Under the pieces are notes generated by a model that worked only from the letters and a program-made list of their open reading frames with translations, had not been told where the DNA came from and did not search any database. Below, piece by piece: positions 1-8,891 of a DNA stretch of 64,000 nucleotides. How positions within the stretch are numbered: position 1 is the stretch's first letter; the number at the start of each line of letters is the position of its first letter. The position numbers and the translations under genes are program-made. Where the stretch lies: sequence record MK327931.1. One strand, given 5' to 3'.

Positions 1-320
1 TTTTTCAACAAAATAACATACTCTTCAAGTTGTACATTTTTAGGTTTAAACTTTTTAGCAATAGAATAATAACTATCACCAGGTTGAACCGTATAATGCT
101 TCTCGCCGCGTGGAACATCCTTTGATATTTCTACCTTTGGTAATTCCTGCTTTTGAATTTGCGTAACTTGTGGTTTTAAATTGTGTACCTGACTTTCGTC
201 CGATGATGATACACGATCATTTTGAGAAAAACCATAAAATCCAATCGCAGCGACAAGTACTGTGCAAACTAGAACACCATAAGTAGTCTTAGTTTTCAGT
301 GCTTTTTTCGCTTGTTTCAA
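1..320 (-). CDS. Membrane-anchored LysM-domain protein (truncated by window edge)
   Basis: Own translation: TTG start after AGGAGG, N-terminal TM (GVLVCTVLVAAIGFYGF), then LysM signature KHYTVQPGDSYYSIAKKF. Confidence 0.75.
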   Translation of the reverse strand, partial: MKQAKKALKTKTTYGVLVCTVLVAAIGFYGFSQNDRVSSSDESQVHNLKPQVTQIQKQELPKVEISKDVPRGEKHYTVQPGDSYYSIAKKFKPKNVQLEEYVILLK

Positions 321-436
321 AACGCCTCCTTTGTTGATTGTTAAGATGGGCAATCACAAAGATGGCAAAGAGGCCATTTGTAAAAGCCTCATCGGACTTT
401 CTACAGTACAAAAACGTTCTTTTCAAATGTTTAAGT

Positions 437-464
437 AGTATAGCATATTTTTATTTTATTACAA
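437..464 (-). promoter_or_regulatory. sigma70-like promoter
   Basis: TTGTAA-N16-TATACT with TG extended -10, upstream of LysM gene. Confidence 0.55.
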
Positions 465-488
465 GACATATTTACTGTAAAAACCACA

Positions 489-899
489 TTAATCGTAGTA
501 GGTTCTACCTACAGTGATGTGATATTTAAAGTACTTGGTTGGTAGTCCTAGTTCATTTCTAATATGTGTGATGAAATCATCTTCAAATTCAATGATAAAG
601 AATGAACCTGGATTCTTTTTATCTTTTACTATCTCAATACAAGGATTGAACTTTATCTTTACTTTCATTCCATCGTACTTTTTCCAGTACTCTGGATTTG
701 GTGGCACTTCACCACGAACGATACTGACATGTGCTCCCCATTGTGGGTCTTTAATATCAATATGTAAGTCAGTTCTGATGAAGTACTGGTAGTATCGAAC
801 CAACTGTAATGGAAGTTGTAGTACTAACCAGAAGTCCTTCTTCTTTTTCATAGTGCCACGTTCTGGATCATACACCAGAGTTCCTTCCATTTCAATCAT
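489..899 (-). CDS. Putative 2H phosphoesterase
   Basis: Two HxS/T motifs (GAHVSIV, YHITVG) about 70 aa apart in a 136-aa protein. Confidence 0.6.
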   Translation of the reverse strand: MIEMEGTLVYDPERGTMKKKKDFWLVLQLPLQLVRYYQYFIRTDLHIDIKDPQWGAHVSIVRGEVPPNPEYWKKYDGMKVKIKFNPCIEIVKDKKNPGSFFIIEFEDDFITHIRNELGLPTKYFKYHITVGRTYYD

Positions 900-906
900 A
901 TGTTAC

Positions 907-1125
907 CTATAAAATTACATATATGTTTTTATTTTCAATACGAACATATGTTTCCAAAACATCTTTCGGAATTTTATTACTTGTTTTGAACCATGTAGTA
1001 TTCTCTACTAAAACAAAAGTTTCACCTTCAGTTTCACCAAATGTACTTAGTGCATAAATGAAGTAATTGGGTGATGCACTACAATATATATCAGCATTAA
1101 TTTCAATCATACTTTTACACCACAA
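907..1125 (-). CDS. Hypothetical protein
   Basis: Co-directional ORF in packed run. Confidence 0.6.
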   Translation of the reverse strand: MWCKSMIEINADIYCSASPNYFIYALSTFGETEGETFVLVENTTWFKTSNKIPKDVLETYVRIENKNIYVIL

Positions 1126-1246
1126 TAAAACTTAATACAACAAGTGTAATAAACACACCCACAATAGCAGTCATTTCTGGGTTTGCATCATATGTATAGC
1201 GTATACATTTTAGAAAATCTTTACCAAATTTCTTTAGTCCATTCAT
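1115..1246 (-). CDS. Small membrane protein (43 aa, not in ORF track)
   Basis: MNGLKKFGKDFLKCIRYTYDANPEMTAIVGVFITLVVLSFIVV, AAGGA SD upstream. Confidence 0.55.
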   Translation of the reverse strand: MNGLKKFGKDFLKCIRYTYDANPEMTAIVGVFITLVVLSFIVV

Positions 1247-1257
1247 ATATTTTCCTT

Positions 1258-1614
1258 TTATTTCTTGTGTAAAGGTTCATCACTTTCATAATAAATTGTA
1301 TCATTATTTCGCTCTATAGTAAAGCTCTTTTGACACAACTCTTCAGCTAAACCCTTTGCATAGTTTAATACATCTCGGTTGAGATATACTTCTTCTTTTG
1401 GAAAGCGTGGGTACTGAATAATACGAGCACACATCCCACTTTCAAGACCGCCAGTGTAGATATATTCACAGGGAATTAATTGTACACAAAAGCCATGCTT
1501 AAACGCAAATTTTCTTGTGTACTCTCTTGCTGTTTGAATATCACCAGCAATATGGATATTCCAGTACTGTGTCTCCACTGTACCTTTATCGATGTATTTC
1601 ATACTCATCTCCAA
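1258..1614 (-). CDS. Phage hypothetical protein
   Basis: Co-directional ORF with a YTGGLESG...IIQYPRFP segment. Confidence 0.7.
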   Translation of the reverse strand: MEMSMKYIDKGTVETQYWNIHIAGDIQTAREYTRKFAFKHGFCVQLIPCEYIYTGGLESGMCARIIQYPRFPKEEVYLNRDVLNYAKGLAEELCQKSFTIERNNDTIYYESDEPLHKK

Positions 1615-1631
1615 TTATAGCACTAAAAATC

Positions 1632-2021
1632 TCACTTTCCCAACTCTTCTATGATTCTTTTTATTGAATCATGGTTTTCCAGACATAAAGTACTGAAATT
1701 TCTACCTGTTTTTTCATTTAGTTCGCTGATTTCAAGCATAAGATATCCATATGTAATATCTTGAACCCTACTTCGTTTTACCCTTGAGTACAGCTTGATT
1801 GGTACTGATACACGAGTATTCAAAAAGAATTCTGGCAAATCATAACGATATACCAGGTATTCATTCTTGTAACGTTTACGACTGTACGATTCGAAACACT
1901 GCGGATAACGTCTATCAAACATACTACTTCTTAGTTGAAGTATGATTGGATCTAACTTATGTGAGTAATATTTTTTGATTATTTTATCAAATCTTTTTAC
2001 ATGTCGTTTACGCCATCTCAT
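1632..2021 (-). CDS. Hypothetical protein
   Basis: ATGA overlap with upstream ORF. Confidence 0.65.
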   Translation of the reverse strand: MRWRKRHVKRFDKIIKKYYSHKLDPIILQLRSSMFDRRYPQCFESYSRKRYKNEYLVYRYDLPEFFLNTRVSVPIKLYSRVKRSRVQDITYGYLMLEISELNEKTGRNFSTLCLENHDSIKRIIEELGK

Positions 2022-2515
2022 GTTCTAACTCCTTTCAATAATACAATAGGAAAATACTGTGTATCTGTATCAGAAATACTATTACAGTACTCAATAATTT
2101 CTTGATGGAGTGTGTTTATATAAATGCTAGGATATGGAATTGGTGTTTGTATTAGTCCAGAACTATAAACACAATCAGTTCTTTGACAATCAATATAGTG
2201 TGTTGTTGGTATATCTTTACCACGTTCCTCAACTACAATTGAGTACGAGTCAGCAATAAAAATGAACGCATTGTTAATTGATACATATTGTAGGGAATAC
2301 ACATCATCATGAACTTCAATCAAAGGACCATCAAAATTCATCAATACCGAACGACGATATCCTAACACATCACTCATTGCATCGAACTGTTCTTGTGATG
2401 AAAGATAACAAAAACACGTATCACGACATACGTCAATAAAACGCTTAAATGTTTCTGTTTCTATAAGCATATAATTTTCCTTAAAAAAGACCCCACATAG
2501 TGAGGTCAAATACAT
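2018..2515 (-). CDS. Hypothetical protein
   Basis: Packed minus-strand ORF. Confidence 0.65.
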   Translation of the reverse strand: MYLTSLCGVFFKENYMLIETETFKRFIDVCRDTCFCYLSSQEQFDAMSDVLGYRRSVLMNFDGPLIEVHDDVYSLQYVSINNAFIFIADSYSIVVEERGKDIPTTHYIDCQRTDCVYSSGLIQTPIPYPSIYINTLHQEIIEYCNSISDTDTQYFPIVLLKGVRT

Positions 2516-2740
2516 TTAATCGTTATCATCATCCAATGCGTCACGGTAAACATAATAAACATGTGCACCTAGCAGAGCAATAAGTACAATAAAGATTAAC
2601 CAGAATGGTACAAAATGCAGTACTAGTGAAAACGCCAGTACTGTAATAACCATTACAACTGAACTGAAAATAAGACTTACTGCTTTTTCAAATCCAGATA
2701 GTAATTTTTTAAAGATTTTTTTCATAAATGAATCAACCAT
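2516..2740 (-). CDS. Hypothetical membrane protein
   Basis: Two hydrophobic segments. Confidence 0.65.
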   Translation of the reverse strand: MVDSFMKKIFKKLLSGFEKAVSLIFSSVVMVITVLAFSLVLHFVPFWLIFIVLIALLGAHVYYVYRDALDDDND

Positions 2741-3083
2741 TTTTAATCCTCAAGAAAGTATGCTTACATTTTAGTTTATTACCATAGAATGAAATAGGAA
2801 CATTAAACATTTCAATCTTATCTTCTTTCAACAAACGTAGAATATCAGGATCGTTTTTTGTTTGAATGCAATGAAGACCATTAACCTGAATTTCTAAACC
2901 TTTCTTTAGATATTCATAAATTTTTTGACGACGCATCCCACCATAACTATCATTATGTACCACATCACGTAATTCTTTATATTCTTGCTTCAATGCTCGG
3001 TCTACAAGTGTTCCATCTTTCTTCCTGATCTCTGCAATACATTTATATTGATTTGAACCTCTAAGAGCCATGTTGTACCTCAT
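2733..3083 (-). CDS. Hypothetical protein
   Basis: Packed minus-strand ORF. Confidence 0.65.
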   Translation of the reverse strand: MRYNMALRGSNQYKCIAEIRKKDGTLVDRALKQEYKELRDVVHNDSYGGMRRQKIYEYLKKGLEIQVNGLHCIQTKNDPDILRLLKEDKIEMFNVPISFYGNKLKCKHTFLRIKNG

Positions 3084-3540
3084 TAGGGTATTTTTTCATC
3101 AATTCGTGTAAACGCTGAATCTCTTGTTCTTTTTTTCTATCACTCTCGTATTTTCGAGAAAGTTTCTTTTTTGTATTTGCTTCTTCTAATCTAATATCAG
3201 TACAGAATTTGTCATTTTTAAAAAAATTGATACGCAATGCATCGAAAACAGACTTGAAATCGTTTCCTAATTCTTTAGATGTGTCAGTATGATTATGAAA
3301 ATACATATTATTTGTCATATTTACATGTTCAATTACTGCACCATTGTGCGTTACGATAAACATTATATCTCCATACTGTTCACGTGGTTCTGTACGATAC
3401 AGATATATATGTTGACGTAAATAATCTTTTAATTCATGTTCAATGCCACTTTGTTCATAACTTTGATATACTAAAACCTCACCATCAGTTGAACTGTTGT
3501 CAGATTCATATGGTTCGCGGATAATTATAAGATTATACAT
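3061..3540 (-). CDS. Hypothetical protein
   Basis: AAGGAG SD, packed ORF. Confidence 0.7.
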   Translation of the reverse strand: MYNLIIIREPYESDNSSTDGEVLVYQSYEQSGIEHELKDYLRQHIYLYRTEPREQYGDIMFIVTHNGAVIEHVNMTNNMYFHNHTDTSKELGNDFKSVFDALRINFFKNDKFCTDIRLEEANTKKKLSRKYESDRKKEQEIQRLHELMKKYPNEVQHGS

Positions 3541-3548
3541 ATTACTCC

Positions 3549-3830
3549 TTATACCGGAGATACGGTACTCAACATTAGTAAAGCTGTATTTTCATCAATT
3601 TCATGATAGTTGTCGCATACAAGTGTTTCCAACAAATCAGGATGATAATAATAATGTTCATAATCAGTATCATTAGGAATATGATGATATACAAATACAA
3701 TATCAAAAACATCATCATCATTTTCACACTTGAAACGCTTTAATTCATCGACACTTTCAACAAAGCCATATTCTTCAAAAGCAGTTGTACCATCTGGTAG
3801 TTTCATCCATGCACTTGCAACAATTTTCAT
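3549..3830 (-). CDS. Hypothetical protein
   Basis: Packed minus-strand ORF. Confidence 0.65.
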   Translation of the reverse strand: MKIVASAWMKLPDGTTAFEEYGFVESVDELKRFKCENDDDVFDIVFVYHHIPNDTDYEHYYYHPDLLETLVCDNYHEIDENTALLMLSTVSPV

Positions 3831-3847
3831 AAATTTGTGAATCCTTA

Positions 3848-4432
3848 TTATTTTGTAATGTTTAGTTTAGAAACGAAGTATTCTTTGGCTTCTTCATATG
3901 TCATTGAAGTATACATAGGATTCCATTTATCGTCAATATCGATAAGTACTTTAACTTCCATTACATCTTCTGGTGTATAGAATTGCCATGTATTGTGATC
4001 TGGCTCATAGTTAGGGTCCAGTACAAAAACCGTACCATCCTGACCATAAACTTCTCCATCCTCTAATAGCTCACGGAAGAAATCTTCTCCAGTAGTTGGG
4101 TCTTCGTATGCATTATAAAAACGAAAAACAACATTCTCAACATCTGTTCGGGTAGTACCATCGTCTTCATCATATTCCACCAAACGGTCCTGATGAAATA
4201 CTAGGTCAATTGCACCAATGCGAGGTTTATTATGTGGAGTTTTGATTTCTTGCTGGGAATTGTAATCAATACGTTCAGTACTGATGAATACTCCACTAGG
4301 GGTAATTTCAATACCAGACACATTTTCTGGTGAATAGTAAGCGTCACACATGTCATCAATGTGCATGTGCTCATGATACACTTCCATTTCAGGATTCTGC
4401 AACAACAGTGCTGCTAAGTCTTTTGCTTTCAA
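3848..4432 (-). CDS. Hypothetical protein, paralog of 5168-5815
   Basis: MKAKDLAALLLQNPEMEVYH vs MKSHELAKLLLSQPNLEIYH. Confidence 0.7.
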   Translation of the reverse strand: MKAKDLAALLLQNPEMEVYHEHMHIDDMCDAYYSPENVSGIEITPSGVFISTERIDYNSQQEIKTPHNKPRIGAIDLVFHQDRLVEYDEDDGTTRTDVENVVFRFYNAYEDPTTGEDFFRELLEDGEVYGQDGTVFVLDPNYEPDHNTWQFYTPEDVMEVKVLIDIDDKWNPMYTSMTYEEAKEYFVSKLNITK

Positions 4433-4821
4433 TCTACAATCTCCATAGAATTATCATCATCATAATCATCACTGGTGTACTTAGTTTTTACCTCAATACC
4501 ATTCTCATGTAGGTATGTGATAAAACCATTACCATAAACGAATTGATTATAATATGTATTTTCTTCTACATGTGCATCATAATCATCTTCATAATATGTG
4601 GGTATTGTAACATCATGACCTACACTTTGCAAGTACTGGAACAATTCTTTCAGTACTACTTCGATATCACCTTCTTCTGTGCCATAACAATATGCAGGTT
4701 CACCGTGAGTGAATTTGAAACCTTTACAGGAAACTGTATAAATGTCACTCATTTGTATACCACAATCATCACATTCATGTATAGAACAATGCTGGTGGAA
4801 TTTAATCTTTTTGATTTGCAT
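4429..4821 (-). CDS. Hypothetical protein (CxxC motif)
   Basis: HECDDCG near N-terminus. Confidence 0.65.
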   Translation of the reverse strand: MQIKKIKFHQHCSIHECDDCGIQMSDIYTVSCKGFKFTHGEPAYCYGTEEGDIEVVLKELFQYLQSVGHDVTIPTYYEDDYDAHVEENTYYNQFVYGNGFITYLHENGIEVKTKYTSDDYDDDNSMEIVD

Positions 4822-5161
4822 TTAGAAAATCCTGTAAAGATGTAGTAGACATTGGACTATCAGCACCATCATACCACAGTGATGTATATGGCTGAACTGA
4901 ACTAATATCAATACAGAATCCTTCACGCTCACATTTTCGAGCGAATTCTTCAGTAGTTAGTTTGTTACCAAAAGAAATCTCAAATTCATAACTAGACATA
5001 TCAATATCAGTACTGTAAATCAATGCACCATCATATGTAATATGGAGTTTAGAATCTGCGTCAAAAAGACGATCTGAAATAGCTTCATAATCATCTTCAG
5101 GAACTGCTTCAATAAGACGTGCCATTAGTCCAGATGTTACGCGGTAATCACTCATGTTCAA
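4802..5161 (-). CDS. Hypothetical protein
   Basis: GAGG SD, packed ORF. Confidence 0.65.
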   Translation of the reverse strand: MNMSDYRVTSGLMARLIEAVPEDDYEAISDRLFDADSKLHITYDGALIYSTDIDMSSYEFEISFGNKLTTEEFARKCEREGFCIDISSVQPYTSLWYDGADSPMSTTSLQDFLNANQKD

Positions 5162-5167
5162 CCTCTT

Positions 5168-5815
5168 TTATTTTTCAATTTTATCAATCATAGAAGGTGA
5201 TACTTTAACATTGAATTCAGAATCAGGAAAATCTTTAGAAAATGATTCATTTTGTTCTTGTGAAAGTTCTTTTTTCGGTGGAAATAACATTTTGGCTAAA
5301 TTTTTACCACATTCAATTGCTTCATCATATGACATATTTTCCCATGTTTCATGCCAAGTATTAGGATCATATTCTGTCAGTACTGAAATGAAATCAATAT
5401 CATCAGATGTATAACAAACAGCATGTTGATTAGAGAATTGTGTTGATTTATTTTTACCTAATAAAACAATTGGCTTTTCATAAGGAATGTTAAATACCAA
5501 CCCATATTCTAAGCTAAGAACAGTTTGAATATGTGAACCCTCCAATTTTGGAGTAATAGTACCATCCTTAAAGAAAATTTGCACATGACCCAAGAGGGGG
5601 GTTTCGTATGGTGTAAGTACATTTTCAGAAACTGATGTAGGTTTTACCGTTGTGAAAATACCAGATGGTGTAACCATTAATCTATTATCAAAATTCTGAT
5701 AATGCAAGTCACTCTCTGCATCATAATGATAAATTTCTAGATTTGGTTGAGATAGTAGTAATTTTGCTAACTCATGCGATTTCATATTATTTCTCCAAAA
5801 GAAAAGGAGAGTCAT
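5168..5815 (-). CDS. Hypothetical protein, paralog of 3848-4432 (likely start MKSHEL near 5785)
   Basis: Shared N-terminus and C-terminal MSYDEA/MTYEEA motif; GGAG SD before internal ATG. Confidence 0.7.
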   Translation of the reverse strand: MTLLFFWRNNMKSHELAKLLLSQPNLEIYHYDAESDLHYQNFDNRLMVTPSGIFTTVKPTSVSENVLTPYETPLLGHVQIFFKDGTITPKLEGSHIQTVLSLEYGLVFNIPYEKPIVLLGKNKSTQFSNQHAVCYTSDDIDFISVLTEYDPNTWHETWENMSYDEAIECGKNLAKMLFPPKKELSQEQNESFSKDFPDSEFNVKVSPSMIDKIEK

Positions 5816-5833
5816 AGCGACTCTCCATATAGT

Positions 5834-6274
5834 TTATTGTAAAACTTTAAGTTTGTAAAGTGTTCCTTCAACAAAACTCATAATATCTTCTAATGTGTTT
5901 ACACTGCCGTAATCACCCGATTCTTCAAGCATATCATGAATTGCTCTGCATTGCTCAACATATTCTTCAAGAATTGGTACACAATCTTCAATTGGTGTAA
6001 AACGATAACTATTACCAGTCCCAACTTGCAAAGCACCACGATTATTCATGATACCTTCAACAAATGCGTCTACATATTCTGGTAATTCTTTATATAGTTC
6101 ATCTAATTGTAAATGCTTTGTATAAAAATGACATTGTAAGTGCCAGTTATGTGCAGCAGAACTTAAAAACAAACTATTTTCAATAAAAGTTAATAGTACT
6201 TCATCATATGAATTATCTTCTTCAGTACTTCCGATAAAGTCCATTACGTGTCGTAAATCATTAATATCTTCCAT
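5834..6274 (-). CDS. Ferritin/Dps-like protein
   Basis: AHNWHLQ...H..LDELY...VDAFVE and terminal TLYKLKVLQ match the phage Dps-like four-helix pattern. Confidence 0.7.
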   Translation of the reverse strand: MEDINDLRHVMDFIGSTEEDNSYDEVLLTFIENSLFLSSAAHNWHLQCHFYTKHLQLDELYKELPEYVDAFVEGIMNNRGALQVGTGNSYRFTPIEDCVPILEEYVEQCRAIHDMLEESGDYGSVNTLEDIMSFVEGTLYKLKVLQ

Positions 6275-6306
6275 AATATCTCTCCTTAGAGTTATTCTCT
6301 TATTAT

Positions 6307-6735
6307 TTAGTTAATAATAAAGGTAATTTCAGGATTCATTTCCGAAACTGCATTGCGTTTACTTCTATCCCATAGTATTCTGTTATTATACAAAGAAGAA
6401 TCACATACTACAAGTAAGCAATTTCTTAATCTACTTACAGTACTTTGATTATTTAAATCAGTTTCTGAAATAAAAAATACATTTTCAGGAACTACTAAAG
6501 GAATAGATTTATCAAAAAACAAAACTACAATAGGTCTTGTTGTATGAACTGATTTAACGAAATCCAAAATACTATTATAAAAATTAGTTTCTTTAGTAAT
6601 TACTGACGGATCTTTAATTCTTTTCAAATATTGCTGTGGTAATTGATGTTCGTCTTTTATCTGAAACTCAAAATATTCTTTGAATAACATTTGTGTTAAT
6701 TCGGATTTATCGGATATTTTCGTTGTGTTACTCAT
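6307..6735 (-). CDS. Hypothetical protein
   Basis: First minus-strand ORF following element copy 1. Confidence 0.65.
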   Translation of the reverse strand: MSNTTKISDKSELTQMLFKEYFEFQIKDEHQLPQQYLKRIKDPSVITKETNFYNSILDFVKSVHTTRPIVVLFFDKSIPLVVPENVFFISETDLNNQSTVSRLRNCLLVVCDSSLYNNRILWDRSKRNAVSEMNPEITFIIN

Positions 6736-6821
6736 TCACTTCGTTCTCTCGTAACTCAAGAAGTCACTGCGTTTACTTCGTAAACTAGTTCCTTCTGAAA
6801 ATGATAATGTACTTTAAAAAC

Positions 6822-7351
6822 TTGACGGGATTTGTTGAGGACTATTACATCCCCCCGCAGGGGAATGAAGGTAATAAAAAAGAGACAATTAAGTCTCTCT
6901 TGACGATGATGGCATCGGATATTATCGAATTGCGAATTTCTCAAATTTTGGACGGATCTTTCTTGTACCAAAATTTAGAGAGCGAAAGCGGGTTGCTCGG
7001 TTTCTCTCTATCGCAGTCATATGCAACGGTCGCTGGTCTTTTCATCAACAGCACTCAGTACTAACTCTATTCGATCAAAGTAGTACTTGTTCTCAAATTT
7101 TGGACGCAACTTTCTTGTAAAAATTGCGTCCGCTATTCTTGAACTCCCTTAGCAAATCTGGTAAGGTGCGAACCTTATACATCTATCTAGGAACTCTCTG
7201 TATGCTTATCGGAGTTCTTTATACAGCCGTGTCGCCGTGATTCGTGGTCTTACATCGTGTTTGTTTGAATGCCAGTACTCTAACAGGTTTCTTCTGCTGT
7301 TCGCTACAACGGTAAAGCTCATCTATCCTTTACATTTTCAAGAGAAGTAGG
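6822..7351. ncRNA. Putative large structured non-coding element, copy 1 (~530 nt)
   Basis: Intergenic; collinear identical blocks with 62883-63349; many hairpins; compensatory changes; no conserved reading frame. Confidence 0.7.
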
Positions 7352-7396
7352 TTCTCAGTGTCCATTTTTCAATGTCCGTTGTCATTTTCTATATAC

Positions 7397-7424
7397 ATTA
7401 TATCATTGGAACATATAATGTCCC
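7397..7424 (-). promoter_or_regulatory. GGGACA-N16-TATAAT promoter (TGA extended -10) upstream of element copy 1
   Basis: Same pattern at 32614, 41850, 57336, 63423. Confidence 0.55.
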
Positions 7425-7425
7425 A

Positions 7426-7902
7426 TTACATGTATACTTTTTTTAAATCCTTAGAACAACGATCAAAAATTGTGTTTATGAATTCAACATCTTCGATAAT
7501 ATTCGAATCGTTAGCAACATTTTCATTTCTTGTCGTGTTCCTATATGTGTGTTCAGGATGATTGTATACCACCTTGACTACATTATTTAGGTCTATAAAA
7601 TTTGACGTTTTTTGCGTATAGGAAGCCTGAAGCTTGATGAGTTTACCATCATTCTCAAGATTGGTTTTATGAATTAGTTCTTCAATGCCAGTTAAATGGC
7701 TATAGCTATCTTTTTCTTTTACAAAAGTAATAGTAACAAGAACTGCTTTCTCATCTCCCATATCGGAAATGTTTTTTACAGCACTGATAATTTCTAAGTT
7801 TGAAAAATCTAATTCTTTAAGCATTTTACAAATATTTCCACAAAGTTCGATAAGTGATAATTTCTTCTCTGGTAACAGAAACTTCATTGCACTTAACACC
7901 AT
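7426..7902 (-). CDS. Hypothetical protein
   Basis: Packed minus-strand ORF. Confidence 0.6.
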   Translation of the reverse strand: MVLSAMKFLLPEKKLSLIELCGNICKMLKELDFSNLEIISAVKNISDMGDEKAVLVTITFVKEKDSYSHLTGIEELIHKTNLENDGKLIKLQASYTQKTSNFIDLNNVVKVVYNHPEHTYRNTTRNENVANDSNIIEDVEFINTIFDRCSKDLKKVYM

Positions 7903-8182
7903 CAGTTTCAGTACTGAATGGTTGTACTGGTCTATCTTCTGTTAAACCTCGTTCATAAGTACAATGATAAAACTTATTTGTGCTCATGTCAAGAAATACG
8001 AGATCAAATTCTTCAGTCCACCTTCTGTGCCCTTTGCTTTCATTGCAGATGATTTTATATTTTACATCTGGTTTAAAAGTTTCAGTACTGTCATCCCATG
8101 CACCATAGTCAGTATATTCATCATTTTCATCTAACTCTGCTAGATGCCACATTAATTGTGGTAAAAAGATTTTAGATTTCAT
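7826..8182 (-). CDS. Hypothetical protein
   Basis: GGAG SD; phage-type RRW...YERGLTE segment. Confidence 0.7.
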   Translation of the reverse strand: MKSKIFLPQLMWHLAELDENDEYTDYGAWDDSTETFKPDVKYKIICNESKGHRRWTEEFDLVFLDMSTNKFYHCTYERGLTEDRPVQPFSTETDGVKCNEVSVTREEIITYRTLWKYL

Positions 8183-8198
8183 TTATTTTCTCCAAAAA

Positions 8199-8222
8199 AA
8201 AGGACTTGAATACTCAAGTCCC
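8199..8222 (-). terminator. Rho-independent terminator
   Basis: GGACTTGA-loop-TCAAGTCC followed by T8 on minus strand. Confidence 0.7.
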
Positions 8223-8234
8223 TATAATATCATA

Positions 8235-8891
8235 TCAATCATGTTTATTCAATTTCTTCTGTTCTTTTTTCAAAGCTTTCATATGACGACCAAACTCTCG
8301 AACATGCCATAGATGATCGGTTTCCCATAATTCTTGACGTAACCTACGTTCTTCTAGTAGTTTCGACTTGTCAATGTTATTTTTCTTTTTTTGTACATTA
8401 AAGAAATTATTCATATGTTCTTGGAGAAGATTACGACCTTTAACTTTCTCAAGAAACTCATCAACTGTTTCAGTTTTATTCGAACGTAGTTGATTACATC
8501 TGGAGCACATAGTATTAAAGTTTGACTCTAAATCAGGTCCACCCTTAGATGCCAGATGATTATGGTCAACTGTCATTAAAACTTCATAAAGACCACATAC
8601 AGCATATACATTTAAATGTGGTTTACCATATACTGGATCAGAACATAATGAACGTTCAATGCGTACTTCAGTAGCTTCAATCCCACATGCCACGCATTTT
8701 GGATTCTTAACAAAAGTAAGAACTTTTTGTGGGAAATATCGAAAAGTAATACCATTTAAAGTGTAGCGTTTCATCTTAGTACTTCGTTGATTTAATTCGT
8801 CAAGAAGTGATAATTTTGTCGTATAGTAAACATGATATTTGTTCATTTTATTCCTTGATATTGATTTTAATATCTTTACCTTGTAAATCAC
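8235..8891 (-). CDS. HNH endonuclease-domain protein (likely start near MKRYTL)
   Basis: CVACG, TVDH...SKGGPD..SNF..MCSRCN..RSNK. Confidence 0.8.
   Translation of the reverse strand: MIYKVKILKSISRNKMNKYHVYYTTKLSLLDELNQRSTKMKRYTLNGITFRYFPQKVLTFVKNPKCVACGIEATEVRIERSLCSDPVYGKPHLNVYAVCGLYEVLMTVDHNHLASKGGPDLESNFNTMCSRCNQLRSNKTETVDEFLEKVKGRNLLQEHMNNFFNVQKKKNNIDKSKLLEERRLRQELWETDHLWHVREFGRHMKALKKEQKKLNKHD

Noticed and set aside
340-410. GAAAGTCCGATGAGGC...GCCTC in the LysM gene leader looks hammerhead-like
   Set aside because: Core is CCGAUGA, not CUGAUGA, and stems I/III cannot be built; only one short hairpin is supported
6756-7064. ORFs 6801-7064 (+) and 6756-6971 (-) over element copy 1
   Set aside because: Reading frame is not conserved with copy 2, there is no convincing SD, and conservation is at nucleotide/structure level
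6822-7351. Group I/II intron, tmRNA, RNase P, HEARO or IS200/605 end as identity of the element
   Set aside because: No P7 or domain V consensus, tRNA-like ends, RNase P core or adjacent TnpB/IscB/TnpA seen; only an Rfam search can settle this
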